From Meyerozyma guilliermondii (lineage: Eukaryota): a DNA stretch of 64,000 bases. This document shows positions 60,991-64,000 of this stretch, piece after piece. The DNA lies in the NCBI GenBank assembly GCA_051546255.1, contig CP128819.1, positions 186,001 to 250,000 of the forward strand. The letters are read 5' to 3'. The position numbers were made by a program, and so were the translations under genes. Positions within the stretch are counted from its first letter, which is position 1; every line of letters starts with the position of its first letter. The notes under the pieces are model-generated. The model did no database searches and was not told the origin of the DNA. It was given only the letters and a program-made list of their open reading frames with translations.

Positions 60991-62826
60991 TTAAACATCT
61001 TTCGGCCTTTTCAACCCCTTTTCGTGTCCCCTCGTCGCTATCTCCAAACACTTTTCTTCGTATCCTCCAATATGTACATAATCAACTCCGTTATCGGACA
61101 ACTGGCGCAAGCTGGAATTGTCCTTGACAAAAGTGTCCGGTTCTATAACACCCACAAAACAGGTTTTAATGCAAGTTTTCAATATTCTTTGAACACAAGG
61201 TTCATTTCCACTGAGTCTAAAAGAGCATGGTTCCATTGTTGTATAAATAACCGTACCTTCTGGAACTTCAGTGGAGTTTGATGCTTTGAAATATTTCTCG
61301 AGAGCACATTGCTCGGCATGGGTATTACCAGGTAACTCTCTGGAATGACCAGTTGCCAATACTTCTCCTTCATGAACTAATACAGCACCCACATTGAACT
61401 GAGTCTGAGTCTCACCACATTTCTCTGCTTCACTCAAAGCTAGTTCCATGAATGGACGATGAGAAGCAAGAGCCCACTCAGGGTACTCAGTTTTATAGGA
61501 CCACGAATTGTCGGCGCTCTCATAGAGATAGGCATGAAGCCACAAGTCAAGATCATTGGGACCAGGGTCCGTATAGAGCTCAACATCACAGATTTCACAT
61601 TTGGAGCCTGACAATATTTCTCCGTCACCTTGAGGGTGTATCCAAGTAGACGCAGCTACATCTTTGCCCATCCTATCGAGACGGGTGATGATGTCTTGTG
61701 TATCTTCAACTATTCCCTTTCCTAGATCTTTGCCCCAAACATAGGCATTGGAATAAATGGGATCGTTGGCAATGGCATGGCCTATATGTTGTAGATGGAC
61801 TCGAATCTGGTGGGTGCGGCCCGTTAGTGGATAGCATTTGACAATGGAAGTATTGGATGCTGGATCGTAGGAAATACGCTTAAACTTTGTTTTGGCTTCT
61901 TTTCCGTTTTTGGGATCAACCATATTGAGTGTATGTTTGGGAGAGACAGTTTTGATGGGGACTTCAACGGTTATTTCCTCGCATGGAAATTTGCCAATGA
62001 CTCGTGCAATATACTCTTTTCTCACCGTTCTATCTTTGATTTGCTGTACGAACTTGTCTGCTCCCTTTGGTGTTTTCCCAAGAAACATCAAACCACTGGT
62101 AAGTCTATCCAATCGGTTACAAGGATGTACAACTCTGCCAAATTCGTGCTGAAAAATTTTGGTGATAGTGTTGTATCTATACCTCCCAACGGGATGAACA
62201 GGAATTCCCAGCGGCTTGTCAATGGCAATCACATCGTCATCCTCATGGACGATTTTGATGGGCCGTGAGCTCACAGCTGGCTCGTGGCGATGGCATCGAT
62301 GACTTATCAAGTCTCCATTTCGCACGATGCTATCGATATTAGCAGGCTTACGATTAAGTGTCACCAGACCTTCAGATATAGCCGCCTTGTAAAAGTCTTG
62401 ATCTCGATCTCTGAACTCGTCACAAAATATATCAATGAGCTTTCTGTCTCTCCAACGAAGTTTGCAGTAGGTAAGATAGGTGAAGAAATATGGCAGAACT
62501 CTACGCAACCGACCATCCAAAACGTATCCTGCGCCCTCTGTTTCTTCTTCATGGATGGTTTTTCCCTTCTCTAGTGTTGTATCAGTTGAGTTTTCACCGC
62601 CAAGTTGGTCGTAAGCTGTCAATGTGGTGCGATCAATGGCTTGTCTCTTCATACGAAACCCTAAGGCATCACGAAGTTTTGGTGTTCCAGCCCTTTTTGA
62701 TCCCGGTGGAGGCAGTTCTGTTTTTTCTTGTACAGAGGGAGCACTATTCTCGGGTTTGGGGGAACTTGAGCGACTCCGAGTGGTCATTGTTCGTAGTTGA
62801 AAAACCGGCTTTGGTTTGAGAACCAT
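60991..62826 (-). CDS. RIB2: Bifunctional tRNA pseudouridine synthase / DRAP deaminase
   Basis: RluA domain ([20 protein letters not shown]) plus deaminase ([11 protein letters not shown]). Confidence 0.9.
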   Translation of the reverse strand: MVLKPKPVFQLRTMTTRSRSSSPKPENSAPSVQEKTELPPPGSKRAGTPKLRDALGFRMKRQAIDRTTLTAYDQLGGENSTDTTLEKGKTIHEEETEGAGYVLDGRLRRVLPYFFTYLTYCKLRWRDRKLIDIFCDEFRDRDQDFYKAAISEGLVTLNRKPANIDSIVRNGDLISHRCHRHEPAVSSRPIKIVHEDDDVIAIDKPLGIPVHPVGRYRYNTITKIFQHEFGRVVHPCNRLDRLTSGLMFLGKTPKGADKFVQQIKDRTVRKEYIARVIGKFPCEEITVEVPIKTVSPKHTLNMVDPKNGKEAKTKFKRISYDPASNTSIVKCYPLTGRTHQIRVHLQHIGHAIANDPIYSNAYVWGKDLGKGIVEDTQDIITRLDRMGKDVAASTWIHPQGDGEILSGSKCEICDVELYTDPGPNDLDLWLHAYLYESADNSWSYKTEYPEWALASHRPFMELALSEAEKCGETQTQFNVGAVLVHEGEVLATGHSRELPGNTHAEQCALEKYFKASNSTEVPEGTVIYTTMEPCSFRLSGNEPCVQRILKTCIKTCFVGVIEPDTFVKDNSSLRQLSDNGVDYVHIGGYEEKCLEIATRGHEKGLKRPKDV

Positions 62827-62958
62827 AAGTTCGCGAAGAAAGATGCGAAAAGGAAGAAGGAAGAAGGAAGAATGGGTGCAAAAAAAATTTTAGAAACATG
62901 GTCGATAGGTAAAGAAAGATTTTTATATTAGAGTCTATTATATTGTTCAATAACCTTT

Positions 62959-64000
62959 TTAGAGCAACCCCTGCTTTTTCAAGTCCAAATAGTCTTTTTT
63001 CGACATCACATTACCTGCCTCATCTTCGACCTCAACGGCATTCTCTCGCTCACCTTCCTCTATTCTATTTGCTCGCTTGATCTTCCTCCACAAAGATACC
63101 GCTTCGTCTATAGTACTGATGCTCTTGAAAAGTGGAATTGAGTCATCATCGACCCCAAGAAGTTTTAGTCCTTGTACGTGCTTCGCACCACCAAAGTGCT
63201 TGTTGTAGGCAACACGGCCCTTGTACGAAATGTTACCACACACCTCACAGTCATAGCTCCGGTGAAGCCCTTGCAACTTGTATAGCCAAGGTGGAATCGG
63301 GGTGCCATCTGCTCCTAGTGGCATATTGGCAAAAGCAGACTCTTCTCGGTCACTATCGGAATTATCATCTGAACCACTGGAGGATTGAACAACAGTATCT
63401 TCCGAGTCATCGTCGGCTAGTCCTATCCCTTCGATCTGTTTTTCTCGCTCAGTAAGCGCAGTCTGCCGATCGACATTGGTAATGGTGTTGGTCAATGTTT
63501 CTGCCAATGCTTCGCAAAGCTTACGAGCCTTGAACTCTTCGAACAACGATGACGAAACCTGACCATTCTCGCTGCAACGCTGGGTATTCTTCTTGTGTTT
63601 CTTTCCTGTTAAATGGGCAGTGAAAACCAGTTCTTTGGTAAAGTGCTTATCACACAGTTTGCAATACAAAGGGTCATTATTTGGTGGTGTTTCCGACGAA
63701 AATTGAGTTTTTATCTCAGACAACAAAGTGTCAACGTCTCTGAATGGATACTTGCGGCTGTAGAAGCTCTGCAAGTATTTTGAAAGATTTTGGACAAACA
63801 CAATATACGCTTTGGGGTCTGCGTTTGCTGGTGCTTTGAGTTCTTTTAGTGCAACCAAAAAATCTCGGTACGAAATCTCTGTGAAATGCTGGTACTCGGC
63901 ATGCAAATCTCTCAAGTCCAAGTACTTTCCATAACACTCTTCTGGGGAAAATAATGAGTCTGCTGTTAAATGGGCTGCAACCGCACTGAGTATATACTTT
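62959..64000 (-). CDS. PRP9: SF3a splicing factor subunit, 3' part (gene starts beyond window)
   Basis: GKYLDL, zinc finger C..C...HLTGKKH, PLGADGTPIPPWLYKLQGL, CEVCGN, DLKKQGLL end; frame open to the window edge. Confidence 0.9.
   Translation of the reverse strand, partial: KYILSAVAAHLTADSLFSPEECYGKYLDLRDLHAEYQHFTEISYRDFLVALKELKAPANADPKAYIVFVQNLSKYLQSFYSRKYPFRDVDTLLSEIKTQFSSETPPNNDPLYCKLCDKHFTKELVFTAHLTGKKHKKNTQRCSENGQVSSSLFEEFKARKLCEALAETLTNTITNVDRQTALTEREKQIEGIGLADDDSEDTVVQSSSGSDDNSDSDREESAFANMPLGADGTPIPPWLYKLQGLHRSYDCEVCGNISYKGRVAYNKHFGGAKHVQGLKLLGVDDDSIPLFKSISTIDEAVSLWRKIKRANRIEEGERENAVEVEDEAGNVMSKKDYLDLKKQGLL

Noticed and set aside
1..64000. CRISPR arrays, transposase/reverse transcriptase genes, rRNA
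   Set aside because: Eukaryotic sequence; no repeat-spacer array or such coding motifs seen

Overview
Eukaryotic, gene-dense chromosomal segment from a CUG-Ser (CTG-clade) budding yeast, probably Metschnikowiaceae (Candida auris/haemulonii/Clavispora-like); I cannot identify the species. CTG codons fall at conserved Ser positions, so the supplied standard-code translations misread some Ser as Leu. Most of the window is conserved housekeeping genes: SEC5 3' end, FTR1, a DHA1 MFS transporter, PUS4, ERF4/SHR5, a PPR protein, CYC3, OTU2, a cupin, CLN3, a JmjC protein, GDS1, CIR2, CDC24, FOL1, RTC4-like, NRD1, MRPL17, ERV46, TEX1, GIS2, PPIL4-like, FCR3/YAP3-like, STI1, tandem TAC1-like zinc-cluster genes, NAT1, SFT2, GET5, MSB3/4, RIM21, RIB2 and the PRP9 3' part. 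The standout is an approximately 4.9 kb AT-richer accessory island at 8.0-12.9 kb. It is a tandem duplicated two-gene cassette of orphan small membrane proteins (A1-B1-A2-B2) with Met-initiated N-terminal repeats. The A proteins have diverged far more than their flanking DNA. The island also carries an inverted dispersed repeat and is bounded by duplicated host sequence. Features missed by the ORF track include an intron-encoded C/D snoRNA, several short introns (one in-frame in NRD1), a frameshift in ERV46 and a probable non-AUG extension of FOL1. Gene names come from recalled family motifs, not database searches.
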